From contig NC_083235.1 in the NCBI RefSeq assembly GCF_032191835.1, positions 17,856,001-17,920,000 of the forward strand: DNA of 64,000 nt, written 5' to 3'. Under the pieces are notes generated by a model that saw only the letters and a program-made list of their open reading frames with translations, was not told where the DNA came from and did not search any database. Below, in pieces: positions 36,306 through 48,278 of the stretch (position 1 is its first letter; every line of letters starts with the position of its first letter). Origin of the DNA: Heteronotia binoei. Lineage: Eukaryota. The position numbers were made by a program, and so were the translations under genes.

Positions 36306-36485
36306 CAGGGCTTTTTTTATTGCAGGAACTCTTTTGCATATTAGGCCACACACCTCTGATGTAGCCGATCTCCCAAGAGCTTAAAGTAGGCCCTGTGCTA
36401 AGAGCCCCGTAAGTTCTTGGAGTATTGGCTACATCAGGGGTGTGGCCTAATATGCAAAGGAATTTCTGCTACAAAAAAAGCCCAA
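36306..36485. mobile_element. Palindromic hAT MITE
   Basis: Inverted arms; flanks ctgccaag/aggccaag (6/8). Confidence 0.88.
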
Positions 36486-36937
36486 AGGCCAAGCAATATG
36501 TCCCAATGCCGCCCAAGCAAAACAAAGTCCAGGATGGTTCTGGAATGCAGCCTAACCCCTCCCCCACCCCAGAAGGATTTGGCAGTGCCCTGTAATCACC
36601 TTGCAAGCAGGCGGACTGAAAGACCATGGTGGCTCTGGACAGGAGCCCTCCTTTCTCAACCAAGGCCAGCAAAGGCCACTGACAGGGTGTAGCTGTGAAG
36701 ACCCTGGGGGATCGCAGGCTAGGACTCCACTAGGCCCACATGTACAGATATTAAACACCAAATACCTTTTATTTGGTGATCAGCAGGAAAGCGTAATTAT
36801 CTTAGCCATTAACGGATGAAAGAAGAAAACGTCATTTTAGTTCCTTCCACTCTTTTTAGTTGTGATCTTATCACTGAAGCAAGGAAGCACAGCGCTCTTC
36901 AAGAAAAAAATTATTGCACCATCCTCTGATCCTAGAA

Positions 36938-37073
36938 NNNNNNNNNNNNNNNNNNNNNNNNNNNNNNNNNNNNNNNNNNNNNNNNNNNNNNNNNNNNNNN
37001 NNNNNNNNNNNNNNNNNNNNNNNNNNNNNNNNNNNNNNNNNNNNNNNNNNNNNNNNNNNNNNNNNNNNNNNNN
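36938..37073. other. Assembly gap (N run)
   Basis: Run of N. Confidence 0.99.
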
Positions 37074-37197
37074 CAAACACCGATAGGTAGCCATGAATGT
37101 GCGCTAGTTGTAATTGATTTTATAAGGTTACTAAGACACTGGTATTTTTGTTATCATTGTGTATAATGTACACACGAAAATAGATTGTATTTTGTGT

Positions 37198-37198
37198 G

Positions 37199-37267
<69 letters not shown>
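37198..37267. repeat. (GATA)n microsatellite
   Basis: Perfect GATA array. Confidence 0.97.
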
Positions 37268-37268
<1 letters not shown>

Positions 37269-37834
37269 ATTTTTCCCCTCTCTTTTCTTCTGGAAAATTA
37301 ATTTCACTCTTAGTGTGGCACATATGTGTGTGTGTGTGTGTATGTATATATATAAGCTATTGTTCTGTGTAATTACAAATATTACAATTAAATATTTGAA
37401 ATTTTAAAAAATGCCATACCCTGTTCCAAAGACTTGCTTCTCACATGCAGACTGTGGCAGAAGGTTAACATCCATGGCTCACTAGCAAAGATGCAAATGT
37501 GATTCTAACACCAACATACAGACAAGTGTTCTGGGATCCACTGTTCACATGTTGCTATTTACCATCTGAGAATTTTGATTAGAAGTGAGAAGTATCAGGC
37601 ATCCTATTCCTACCTTTGTTCTTTCTAAGTCAATATTAATTAAAGTTGACTTACAATTATATATACGATTGTCCCGAGAGCTAGTATCATTGGTATAATT
37701 TCATGCCCATTTTGTTAAATATAATATAATGGCAACTTCTCATCAGGGGAGGGATGGTGGCTGAGTGGTAGAGCATCTGATGCTCTACATGATGCTCTAT
37801 TGTTATAATATTTATTGTACTATAATATTATTGG

Positions 37835-38010
37835 GAATGAAAGGAAGCATGGAATCATCTGATCTCCTCTGATCTTAGAAGCTAAACAGGGTAAATACTT
37901 AGAAGGGAGACTACCAAGAAAGACTTTGCAGAGGAAGGCCATGGCCAACTACCTTTGCTTCTCACCTGCCTTGAAAGCCCCTTGCTTTCAAGGTTGCCAT
38001 AATTGGGCTG
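37835..38010 (+). mobile_element. 5S rRNA-derived SINE (paralogous copy at about 41195-41355)
   Basis: gatcttagaagctaaacaggg...tacttagaagggagac; flanks are homologous between the two copies. Confidence 0.7.
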
Positions 38011-39132
38011 TGACATGATGTTATAAAATTGATATTATTGTAGGAAGGTCAGGATGAGAGGAACAGGAGGAAAGAACTAGGTACATTGGCCCAGAATCCC
38101 AGAACAAATATTCACTGTCAAGACTTTGTGGCTTTATTTATTTACTGATCTGCACCATAAAAACATCAAGCCCTTTCCCCTTTCACTGCAGATAAACTAT
38201 GTACAATCTACTGGGCTGACAGCATATTGGCAAATTCACAGTCGCTCAAAGCTCACAAAAAATATTTACATAGAGGTGACAGGTACTGTTCCCTCCCCAT
38301 GCGCCGTGCACTTGCTCAACTGCAATAACTTATCTTCATTGTCTTCTGTCTGTGGTTGGCCATCCATCCTTAATCTCTGTGCAGTAAACCTGGACTGCTC
38401 CTGCCATCGTTAGCTACAGCCTCATCAGCTTTTCAGTGGATCAGTCTCAAAGTTATCCATCTAGCCCTTAATAGGAAGCAGGAGAAAAAGGCCCCTGTTC
38501 TAAAGGAAGCACAGTGTCCTTCAGAAAAAAATATGTTATTGCTCCATCCTTGAATCCTAGAACATATTTTTGTTCCAAAGACTTGCTTGCTGTTCACTTA
38601 GGGACTGTGGCAGCTTCCTGTGGAAGGTCAAATGTCCATGGTTCACTGTTAAAGATGCAAATGGGATTCTAACACCAAAATTCAGACCAGTGTTTTGGGA
38701 TTCACTGTTCACATGTTATTTACCATCTGGGAACGTCGATTAGAACCTAGAGGTATCAAGAATCCTATTCCTATCCTATGTCCTTCCTAAGGCAATATTA
38801 ATTAAAGTTGAGTTACAATTAGAATTATTATTGTCCCAGGAGCTGGTGTCACTGATATCATTTCATGCCCATTTTGTCAAATATAATATAATGGCTACTT
38901 CTCATCAGATTGATTTTCATTGTGGAAGCTAGTTATACACAGGAGATAGCTGGAATCTCAATGTGTAAGAAATACTCATCAATGTTTCTGTGAAGCAAGG
39001 AATCAGTGCTAGCAGGGTTCTCCAGTGCATATGGCAAAACCTGCATGTGTTACTTATCAGATCTGATGAAGTTTTTGTATGAAAAGCTTACCATAAGAAG
39101 AAGTGGAGTATGCTGTTGTATTGTACCAATCT

Positions 39133-40065
39133 TTATTCTGACATTTTCTTACTAAACACTCTCCAGAAAGCTCCCTTCACATCCTTGTTTCTCAAGCTGT
39201 AAATCAGGGGGTTGAGCATGGAAGTTAAGACCCCGTACAGTAAAGATACGACCTTATCTTTATCTGAAGAAGATTTTGGTTGGGGCATTAAGTACATGAT
39301 GATGATTGTACCATAAAAGACACTAACCACGGTGAGGTGAGAACTACAGGTGGAGAAGGCTTTCTTGCGACCCTGTGTTGAGCGAATGCGCAGGACTGCT
39401 AAGCCTATGCGCCCATAGGTTACGACAATGAAGCCAAAGGGTGATACTACCAGAACAAGGGTGGAAAGTTGCACGTAGAGCTCACTAAGGCGTGTGTCTG
39501 AGCAGGCCAGTTTTAGGAACGATTGCAACTCACATGCAAAATGGTTAATGATATTTTCCCCACAGAAGTCAGTGGGCCGCAACAGTATGTTGATCACAGT
39601 ATTCAGTAAGGCAAGGACTATGCATAAAGACACCAAGCCGGTACAAAATCTCCAGCTCATGATCTGCATATAGTGGAGTGGCCGGCATATCGCTGCAAAG
39701 CGATCATATGCCATAACTGCCAGAAGGACACATTCCATTACGACGAGTAGTAGACCAACATACATCTGAATCAAGCATCCAAAGAAGGAGATGGTGGGCC
39801 TGAAAAAGAAGCAATTGACCAGGGACTCAGGAAGCACATTGCTGGAGATGACAATATCTATGAAGGAGAGGATGCAGAGAAAGAAATACATGGGAGAATG
39901 AAGATGGGAGTCACCAATGATCAATATGATCATGAGCCCATTCCCAAAAAAGCTTATGAGGTATACCATCAAGATGAACCAAAAGAACACAGTCTGGGCT
40001 CGGGGGTGTTCTGAAAACCCAATCAAGATGAATTCTGTCACTATCGTCTCATTTGGACTTCCCAT
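39133..40065 (-). CDS. Olfactory receptor, class II, OR13-like (310 aa, intact)
   Basis: LHSPMYFFL, MAYDRFAAIC-PLHY, HFACE, KAFSTCSSHL, SMLNPLIYSLRN; acceptor ttttttcctgcAG at 40088-89. Confidence 0.96.
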   Translation of the reverse strand: MGSPNETIVTEFILIGFSEHPRAQTVFFWFILMVYLISFFGNGLMIILIIGDSHLHSPMYFFLCILSFIDIVISSNVLPESLVNCFFFRPTISFFGCLIQMYVGLLLVVMECVLLAVMAYDRFAAICRPLHYMQIMSWRFCTGLVSLCIVLALLNTVINILLRPTDFCGENIINHFACELQSFLKLACSDTRLSELYVQLSTLVLVVSPFGFIVVTYGRIGLAVLRIRSTQGRKKAFSTCSSHLTVVSVFYGTIIIMYLMPQPKSSSDKDKVVSLLYGVLTSMLNPLIYSLRNKDVKGAFWRVFSKKMSE

Positions 40066-40309
40066 GACACTCTCTGCCTTGTTCCTTCTGCAGGAAAAAA
40101 AGAGAGAGAATAGGATGGTTTATAAGTGCCAATTGCAGAGTTTTCCTGAGCTTTAAAATTTTAAAGTACTTTCTCGACTTCTGTTGTCTTGTCTCTATGT
40201 ATTTCCTAAAATCCAGCATACTGTAAGCCCTATTGGATTTAATGAGACTTAAGTGTAAGTAATTTTGTCTTTTATTAAAGTAATTGCCACCACTTAACTC
40301 AGTGATGTC

Positions 40310-40492
40310 CAGGGCTTTTTTTGTAGCAGGAACTCCTTTGCATCTTAGGCCACACACCCCTGAGGTAGCCAATCCTCCAAGAGCTTACAGGGCTCTTAGT
40401 ATGGGGCCTACTGTAAGCTCCAGGAGGTCTGGCTACATCAGGAGTGTGTGGCCTAAGATGCAAAGAAGCTCCTGCTACAAAGAAAAGCTTTG
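40310..40492. mobile_element. Palindromic hAT MITE in OR intron
   Basis: Perfect 8-bp TSD gtgatgtc. Confidence 0.93.
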
Positions 40493-41008
40493 GTGATGTC
40501 TAAAGCAAGGACTCAGTTGTGCTCATGGCAGTAAATATATATGTTTCCTTTTACATTGATTCTATATTTAGATTCAGGTTGCATTCATTCCCCATGGTAA
40601 ATCTGTATCAAAATGACTCACAGATTTTGAAACACCGTCATGGACTGTTATTTCCCTATGACATAACAGTAGCAAAGCCTAATCATCTTTGGGGGGCTTC
40701 ATTTTTTAATTTCATCATAATCTTCCAGGTCACTGAAAAGCACTACCTTTAAAGAACTAAACTTCTCAAGACACATCTTGCCAGGGATGTGAAATAATGT
40801 TATCATCTGACTTGCAACTCTCTCAGGAGACTCTCCTTGAAAGAAATACAGCGCTTGATTGATAGAAAGCATGGCCATATATTGAAATGTCCTTAGTACA
40901 TATGAGAGGGCCTTCGAACAGATGATGTGGAAAATGTGGATTCCACACTGATCACTATTCTACTCTGCTGCAGCCAAGAGTTGTGTGACACTCATTTGCT
41001 ATAATATG

Positions 41009-41168
41009 CAGGCCTCAGATTCAGTGGGCGCTCACAGGAGCACAGCTCCTGAACCTTTCTCAGAGTTCCACCTCCTCCTTCTGAGAGTTCCACCTCCTTG
41101 TCCACTGAATAGTATATGTAGGTGAGCAGGTGAGCTCCACCACCTATTTCCCTACAAAATGACTGCTG
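41009..41168. mobile_element. hAT MITE
   Basis: Perfect 8-bp TSD ataatatg; same family as 4919-5085. Confidence 0.88.
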
Positions 41169-41356
41169 ATAATATGTATTGTATTGTAATATTATTGGGA
41201 ATGGAAGGCAGCATGGAATTGCCTGATCACATCAGATCTCAGAAGCTAAGCAGGTCAGTACTTGGAAAGGAGGTCACCAAAGAAGGCATTGAAGAGGAAG
41301 GCCATGGCCAACTAGCTCTGCTTCTCACTTGCCTTGAAAACTCCTTGCTAAGGTTG

Positions 41357-41612
41357 TTTTAGTTTAGTTTATTTATGATTTGTATCCCGCCCTTCCCACC
41401 AGGTGGCTCAGGGCGGCTCACAACACATGAAATTCAACATAACAATATTAAGTTTAGGCATTTACACAATTAAAAACATTTAAAATATAAAAATCATTAA
41501 AACAAAGCAGAAGTCTAATAAAGCTACACTTAGTTTCCTATGCAGGTTAGCTATAAGCCAGCCGGAAGAGGGTTGTCTCACAGGCTCTGCGGAACTGGGC
41601 AAGGTTGCCATA
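41357..41612 (-). mobile_element. L2 LINE 3' fragment
   Basis: Matches the 3' ORF end and 3'UTR of the L2 at 17291. Confidence 0.8.
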
Positions 41613-42222
41613 GGATGGTTTTGACTTGACAGTATAACATTAATATTACTGTAGGAAGGATGTGGGGAGAGAAACAGGAGGGAAGAAGAAGGGGAAGAGG
41701 TGGAGGAGGAGGAGGTGATCGGGTCTATACCTCGTCCTTTACCTCATCTCAGAGAGGCTTGCAATCTCCTTCCCTTTGTTTCCCCACAACAGACACCCTT
41801 TGACGTAGACGGGGGGGGGGGGGGGATAAGAAAGCTTTTCAAGAACTGCTCTTGAGAGAACAATTCTGAGAGAATGACCTTGTGGCTTTATTCATTAACT
41901 CAATGGTGGCTTTATCTATTTATTGTTCTGCACCATAAAAACATCAAGTCCTTTCCCCTTACACTGCAGATAACCTATGTACAATCCACTGGGCTTTCAG
42001 CATATTGCCAAACTCACATTTGCTCATAGAAAATCTTCACCCAGACATGACAAGTGCTGTTCCCTCACCATCCTCCCTGCCTTGGGTCAACCGCAATAAC
42101 TTCTCTTCATTGTATATTGTGTGTGGTGTTTGACTATGCGTCCTTAATCTTTGAGCAGGAAACCTTGACTGTTCCTTCCATTGCTAGCTACAGCCTCATC
42201 AGTCTTTCAATGGATCAGTCCC

Positions 42223-42307
42223 ATAAGAACATAAGAGAAGCCATGTTAGATCAGGCCAATGGCCCATCCAGTCCAACACTCTGTGTCACACAGTGGCCCC
42301 AAAAAAT

Positions 42308-42344
<37 letters not shown>

Positions 42345-42535
42345 TGGCTAATAGCCACTGATGGACCTCTGCTCCATATTTTTATCCAACCCCCTCTTGA
42401 AGGTGGCTATGCTTGTGGCCGCCACCATCTCCTGTGGCAGTGAATTCCACATGTTAATCACCCTTTGGGTGAAGAAGTACTTCCTTTTATCCATTTTAAC
42501 TTGTCTGCTCAGCAATTTCATCAAATGCCCACGAG
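42223..42535 (-). mobile_element. CR1 LINE 3' fragment with internal (CA)n
   Basis: cataagaacataagagaagccatg terminus; absent from the paralogous site near 52655. Confidence 0.88.
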
Positions 42536-42830
42536 TCCCAAAGTTATTAAGGCTTTAAGGGAAAGCAGGAGAAAAGGACCCCCGGTCCAGGCCAGTTTTA
42601 CAAAGGTGCCAAGAAAGAAGAAGGTGCTAGTTGGGTGGGATTGTGTGTTGCAAGTGAAGTCTCACAAACAAAAATGATTCAGAGGCTGCCACAGATTTGG
42701 CCAAACAAAAGTCCTCTAGTTGCCCAATGGAAATCTGGGTGAGAGAACTCAGAGAGCCAAAGCAAATACCAAGACATCTGGGTCTAAGGATGAATAGCAT
42801 TTATCCATGTATTACTTCCAATGAGATTTT

Positions 42831-42838
42831 ACTTACCT
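42831..42838 (-). promoter_or_regulatory. Putative 5' splice donor (AG|GTAAGT), conserved at 53239-46 and 63463-70
   Basis: Perfect consensus donor in all three paralogous upstream regions, on the OR strand. Confidence 0.7.
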
Positions 42839-43315
42839 AGTGAGGTCCACTCCAGACCATTGGCGGGAATTCTTCATTGCATACTCAACAAACAGACTGT
42901 AAGAAAACCTTTCACACAAGCAGCCTAGAGAATTTAACCAAATCTAGTCCTCCGCCATGAGTATACCCCAAGTTCAAAGGGTTTCGAATTTTTTTTTTCT
43001 TGCTAAGGCCAAAGCTTACACTAATTGTTTCAGCCTAGGACAGATGACTTAGAAGAGAAAGGTCCAGAAGTTTTGTGTTTGGTGGGATGGCAAATGAAAC
43101 TGATCAACTCTCCAAGGCTGTTTGTAGCTTCCAAGAAGTGGAGCGAAGAAAATGGTGAAAAGCTGAAGTTCCTTTTCAATGAAGCTCTAGGAACAAAGGA
43201 TTATATGGGGCATATTAAGAGATTTGCTCTTCATTCTTGTGAAAAGAACAGCTCTGCCTATTTCTGTAGTATCAGAGCTCCTCCTGGAATAGTACACTGT
43301 AAGTCTTAAGCAGAA

Positions 43316-43402
43316 TTCCTAGGGAATCACTTCAAATGAATACTTTAGACACAAAGACTAATTACTCTTTCATCTGAATTAAGTTTTAAAACACCATGGG
43401 GA
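43316..43402 (-). promoter_or_regulatory. Putative OR promoter (O/E + TAATTA), paralogous at 53731-53817 and 63991-64000
   Basis: TTCCTAGGGA 43316-25, TAATTA 43359-64, CCATGGGGA 43394-402, about 480 bp upstream of the conserved donor. Confidence 0.6.
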
Positions 43403-43709
43403 ATGATGTAAGGAATAGTTGGGTAAACATTACAATTCTCACTGTGGTTTATTTCAGTGCCCTCAGTCATACACCTTGGTATAGTGGGTAAGAGTGGCAG
43501 ACTCTAATCTGGAGAACTGAGTTTGATTTCCCACATCTCTACCTGCAGCCAAGCTGGGTGACCTTGGTCAGTCACAGTTCTCTCAGAGCTGTTCTCTCAA
43601 GAGAAGAAGGCTGCAGATTTATACCCCGCCCTTCTCTCTGAATCAGAGTCTCAGAGCCGCTTACAATCTTCTTTATCTTCTTCCCCCACAACAGACACCC
43701 TGTGAGGTG

Positions 43710-44315
43710 TAGGGTGGCCAGATCGTCCCGGTTGCCCGGGAAAGTCCCGATTCTGGCTGCAAATTCCCGCCTCCCAGGCTGGCTATACCGGGACCATTAG
43801 AGATCCCGGTTTAGTCAGCCAGAGAGCTGGCGGGCCGCGCGCGCGGGCGGGGAAGGCGGCGAGTGAGGGAGGGAGCATCCCTGTGCGTGCGCATGGTGAT
43901 TGGCAGCGGTGTGGCGGGCTCTGCACATGCGCGGGGACGCTCCCTCCCTCACTCGCCGCCTTCCCCGCCCGCGCGCACGGCCCGGTGGCGGTGGCGGAGG
44001 CCGGGGAGGCGGCGGAGAGGCCGGTGTTGGTCGCTGGAGGCCTGCGCACGCGGCCCGGCGGCAGTGGCGGAGGCCGGGGAGGTGGCGGAGAGGCCAGCGC
44101 TGGTCGCTGGAGGCCCGCGGGGGGAGGTGGCGGCGGCCGGAGCGGGAGGCGGGCCGGTGGCGCCTGCGGCGGCAGCGGCTGCGTGGCGGGAGTCCCCGGG
44201 TTGGTGGGCTCGGCCGCCTCCTCCTCAGCCGCCACCAGCCCTGCCAGCAGCACCAGCTGCCGCTGCGCCTCCTGGCCAGCCCGCCCGCCCGGAGGGGAGG
44301 CCGCCACCCACCCTG
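43710..44315. mobile_element. GC/CpG-rich insertion, probable hAT left-end fragment
   Basis: Starts TAGGGTGGCCAGA; contains a 45-bp-arm hairpin and about 73-bp tandem repeats; absent from the paralogous site at about 54120. Confidence 0.6.
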
Positions 44316-45017
44316 GAAGAAGGTGTAGTGGTTAAGAGCAATTCTCTGTCAGAGTTCTCTCAGCCCCAGCTATATCCTCTTCCTCCTCCTCCTCTTGCAG
44401 TGGGCATGAACCAGCTCCTGAATGGAAGTTCATCGTTAATTTTGGCTGATTCATGGCTCACAAAGCCAAGTTCATGAACTGAACAGTTGCCATTTCCAAG
44501 AACTTCTACAAATTTTGATGCAGCTTCTGGTGGTTAGTGAACAGCAGAGAGTCTCCTAAGTACAGACCCTTGGCTGTGTCTTTAGTTGTGGAAGAAGCTG
44601 GTGTTCATGAGGTCCCAAGTCAGGAGCAATCCCCTCTCCTTCTGCCGACTGGCATGGTGACTGCAAGGGATGGATGTGGTTCCTGGGTGTTCTCTCACTT
44701 GGGGTCGCCAAGGATTGGGACACATCTTGTCATTAGGGCTGGTGATGGGCTCCAGCCCAGGGCCGCTCCCTCTTGCTTGCCCCACTGGCATGGTGACTGC
44801 TGTCTGCCAGGGAAGGGCAATCCTTTCATGGTGTTGCTGTGTTCTTCGATGAAGGTCTCCCTCTCATTGCACCTGAAAGCTGGAACCTGGGTGTGGGGCA
44901 TGACAATGGCATACAGGGAAATATAGGAGGTTTCCTTATTTCCAGCCAAGGGTCCATGTTGATATCCAGCCAGCCATGCATTCAGGAGTGTCTGTTGTGT
45001 ATCCAAGTGGCCGTATC

Positions 45018-45199
45018 CAGGACTTTTTTGGTAGCAGAAACTCCTTTGCCTATTAGGCCACACACCCCTGATGTAGCCAATCCTCCTGGAGCCTGCAGGG
45101 CTCTTAGGACAGGGTCTACTGTAAGCTCCAGGAGGAATGGCTACCTCAGAGAGGCATGGCCTAATATACAAATGAGTTCCTGCTTCAAAAAAAGCCCTG
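45018..45199. mobile_element. Palindromic hAT MITE (paralogous copy at 54980-55167)
   Basis: Inverted arms; no TSD match, suggesting a later rearrangement. Confidence 0.85.
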
Positions 45200-47170
45200 C
45201 AGAATTGAGCATGCGAATCACAGTCCCAAGCAATGCAGACATATTTTTTTTTTCCTGGTCAGAAAGTAAAGCATCTTATGGTTTCAAGTATATATGGTGA
45301 TTGTACCATAAAAGACACTGACCACAGCGACGTCAGAGCTGCAAATGAAGAAGGATTTCTTCCATCCCTGTGTTGAGCAGATGTGCAGGACAGCTAAATC
45401 TATGTGCCCATGTGTTACAATAATGAAGCTAAAGACTGATACTATGACCAATTTCTCACTGGGCTTATTCTGGTCTCAGATTCTCCCCCTCCCCCCGGCA
45501 CTTCTGTCCAATTTAGGGTTGCCAAGTCCAATTCAAGAAATATGTGGAGACTTTGGAGGAGGAGCCAGGAGACATTGGGGGTGGAGCCAGGAACAAGGGT
45601 GTGACAAGCATAATTGAACTCCAAGGGAGTTCTGGCCATCACATTTAAAGGGGCAGCACACCTTTTCAAATGCCTTTCTTCCATAGGATATAATGAAGGA
45701 TAGGGGCACCATATTTTGGGGTTTGCTGCAGCCAGGTCTGCAGAGCAGACCTTGAGCAGATTGTGTTTTGTGTGGCAGTGACGTTGGCAACTGGGTTTTA
45801 TATTGCTTCCAGGCCTGCCCTGCAGGGTTCATAGAGTAGATAGAGGGATGATGCACTATTTGGGTCCTATAGAGATTCTCTGATGTGGTTAGGTTTGGCT
45901 TTGGGTGCCCCAGGAATTGGACCCCCTGGTCCAATATTTTTTGGCCTTGTGGGTTTTGTGTGGGACAGTGCCCTGAAGCTGCACAGCAGTTTGGGGGGCT
46001 CTCCTCAAAACCCCCTGCTCCCCAGAGCCACTTTTCCCACGACAATTACAGTGAGGAAGTGGCTAATTGGGCTTTCCCCATCATTGTTAGCAATGGGCCT
46101 TTTGGGGAGCCCAAAGACAGGGACCCCCTGGCCCAATCTTTTTGGGACTTGGGGGGGTTGGAGGGGAGAGTCCCCTGCAGGTCCCCTGCAAATTTGGGGG
46201 CTCTCCCTCAAACCCCCTGCCCCCCAGTAGCCTCTAATTATGCCCTATGTTGCCATTGATGTCAATGGCCCATAGGGTATAATGATGGAATAGGGGCACC
46301 CTCTTTGGGTGCCCCTGGTATGGGATCCCATGGCCCAATCTTTTTGGGACTTGGGGGGGTTGGAGGGGAGAGCCTCCTGCAGGTCCCCTGCAAATTTGGG
46401 GGCTCTATCTCAAACCCCCTCCCCTCCATGTGGCTTCAAATATACCCTATTTGCCATTGATTTCAATGGCCCATAGGGTATAATAGGGCCATATATTCGG
46501 TAATAGCCGTGCATCTACCGTATATGCGGCTATTCCGAATGCGGTATTCAGGAGTATATGGGGATTCCAAATTCCCCCCCCCCCGTATACTTCCAAATCC
46601 GTGTCAATCCGAATTTTTTTTTTTTTTGCACATTCCTACTGTAAATACGATGCTCTTTAATTTTGCAGTTGAGAGCCTGACCTTCTGGAAACCATACACT
46701 GCATTCCCCCCTGCTTCTGGATTTTTGGAGAGCGGGGGAGGAGGTTGCTAAATGGGGGTCCCCCACCAGGGCGGGGGGGTTGAGAAGCCTAGTCCAATTT
46801 CACAAAAACTGCTGCAAGGCTGCGACTTGGCCTGCCTCTTTCCTGCAGCAAGCAGAAACGGGTTTTCACAGGATCTTGCTTGCCGGGGCAAGTTGCAGCC
46901 CTGCAGCACTTTGAAAGAGGATGGAAAGATGCATGCTCACTAAAGTGTGTCTCAGAGCATGGATGAGGAACAATTGTAGTTCATGTCCAAAATAGTTAAT
47001 GATATTTCGTCTACAGAAGTTGGTTGGTCACCACAATATGTTGATCAAGATACTCAGCAAGACAAGGTCCACACATACAGACACTAAACTGACAACAAAA
47101 ACACCCAGTGCTTTTTATTTGATAGTGAGCAGGAAAGCTCAATTAGCAATTGAAGATGAAAGAATAAAAC
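45200..47170 (-). pseudogene. OR pseudogene remnant (TM4-TM7), interrupted by insertions
   Basis: Remnants SLVSVCVDL..LINILW*PTNFC..NIINYFG (46930-47110) and FSFIIVTHGHIDLAVLHICSTQGWKK..VVSVFYGTIT..LKP*..MLN (45200-45440), homologous to the neighbouring ORs, with stops and frameshifts. Confidence 0.85.
45514..46791. mobile_element. Non-autonomous hAT element with internal tandem repeats of about 200 bp
   Basis: TAGGGTTGCC left TIR and a perfect 8-bp TSD gtccaatt; empty site in the paralog at about 55473. Confidence 0.92.
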
Positions 47171-47383
47171 ATCATTTCAGCTCCATACACTCTTTTCAGT
47201 TGCGATACTGTCATTGATACAAGGAAGCACAGCATCCTTCAGAATAAAAATCATTGCTCCATTTTCTGATCCTAGAAAATATTCCTGCTCCAAAGACTTG
47301 TTTGCTTCTCACACAGAGATAGTGGCAACTTCCTGTGGAAGGTCAGTGTCCATGGTTCACTAGTGAAGATGCAAATAGGAGTT

Positions 47384-47955
47384 AAGAACATAACAACATA
47401 AGAGAAGCCATGTTGGATCAGGCCAGTGGCCCATCCAGTCCAACACTCNNNNNNNNNNNNNNNNNNNNNNNNNNNNNNNNNNNNNNNNNNNNNNNNNNNN
47501 NNNNNNNNNNNNNNNNNNNNNNNNNNNNNNNNNNNNNNNNNNNNNNNNNNNNNNNNNNNNNNNNNNNNNNNNNNNNNNNNNNNNNNNNNNNNNGGACCTT
47601 TGCTCCATATTTTTATCTAACCCCCTCTTGAAGCTGGCTATGCTTGTAGCCGCCACTACCTCCTGTGGCAGTGAATTCCACATGTTAATCACCCATTGGG
47701 TAAAGAAGTACTTCCTTCTATACGTTTTAACCTGACTGCTCAGCAATTTCATTGAATGCCCACAAGTTCTTGTATTGTGAGAAAGGGAGAAAAGTACTTC
47801 TTTCTCTACTTTCTCCATTGCACGCATTATTTTCTAAATCTCTATCACGTCATCCCGCAGTCGACGTTTCTCCAAGCTTAAGAGCTCCAAGCGTTTTATC
47901 CTTTCTTCATAGGGAAAGTGTTCCAACCCTTTAATCAATCTAGTTGCCCTTTTCA
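47384..47955 (-). mobile_element. CR1 LINE 3' fragment spanning an N gap (47449-47593)
   Basis: EKEVLFSLSHNTRT..KYFFTQ remnant; absent from the paralog at about 56060. Confidence 0.88.
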
Positions 47956-48278
47956 ACATCAAAATCCAGTCCAGTGTTCTAGAATCCACTGTTCACATGA
48001 TGCTATCTATCATCTGGGAACTTGATTAGAAATAAGAGGTATCAGATATTCAATTCCTACCCTGCTTCCTTTCTAAGCCAATATTAGTTAAAGTTGGGTT
48101 ATGATTAGCATTACAGTTGTATCTGGAGCTGCTATCATTGGTATCATTGCATACCTATTTTGTTAATTATAATATAATGCTATGTCTCATCAGATTAATT
48201 TCCATTATGGAAGCTAATTATGTTCAGGAAATAGCTGGAATCTCAACAACTGATAACTTCTCATCTATGCTTGGTGTA

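Noticed and set aside
1400-41355. 5S rRNA or tRNA genes
   Set aside because: The matches are partial, diverged and fused to SINE bodies, so they are 5S- and tRNA-derived SINE heads.
43783-44477. Overlapping 140-204 aa Ala/Gly/Arg/Pro-rich ORFs
   Set aside because: Stop-codon scarcity in extremely GC-rich repeat DNA explains them.
44839-45017. ISLYAIV(M/T)P and PLGYT as continuation of the OR pseudogene TM7
   Set aside because: The order and frames do not fit, and the similarity is too short to distinguish from chance.
33640-46480. CRISPR-like or other repeat-spacer arrays
   Set aside because: The direct repeats (33690-33890, 43980-44125, 46120-46480) are 2-3 degenerate tandem units inside transposons, without unique spacers.
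48117-48278. Host-L2 fusion protein (490-aa ORF)
   Set aside because: The upstream part is OR 3' flank, open by chance and on the strand opposite the OR; there is no evidence of transcription.
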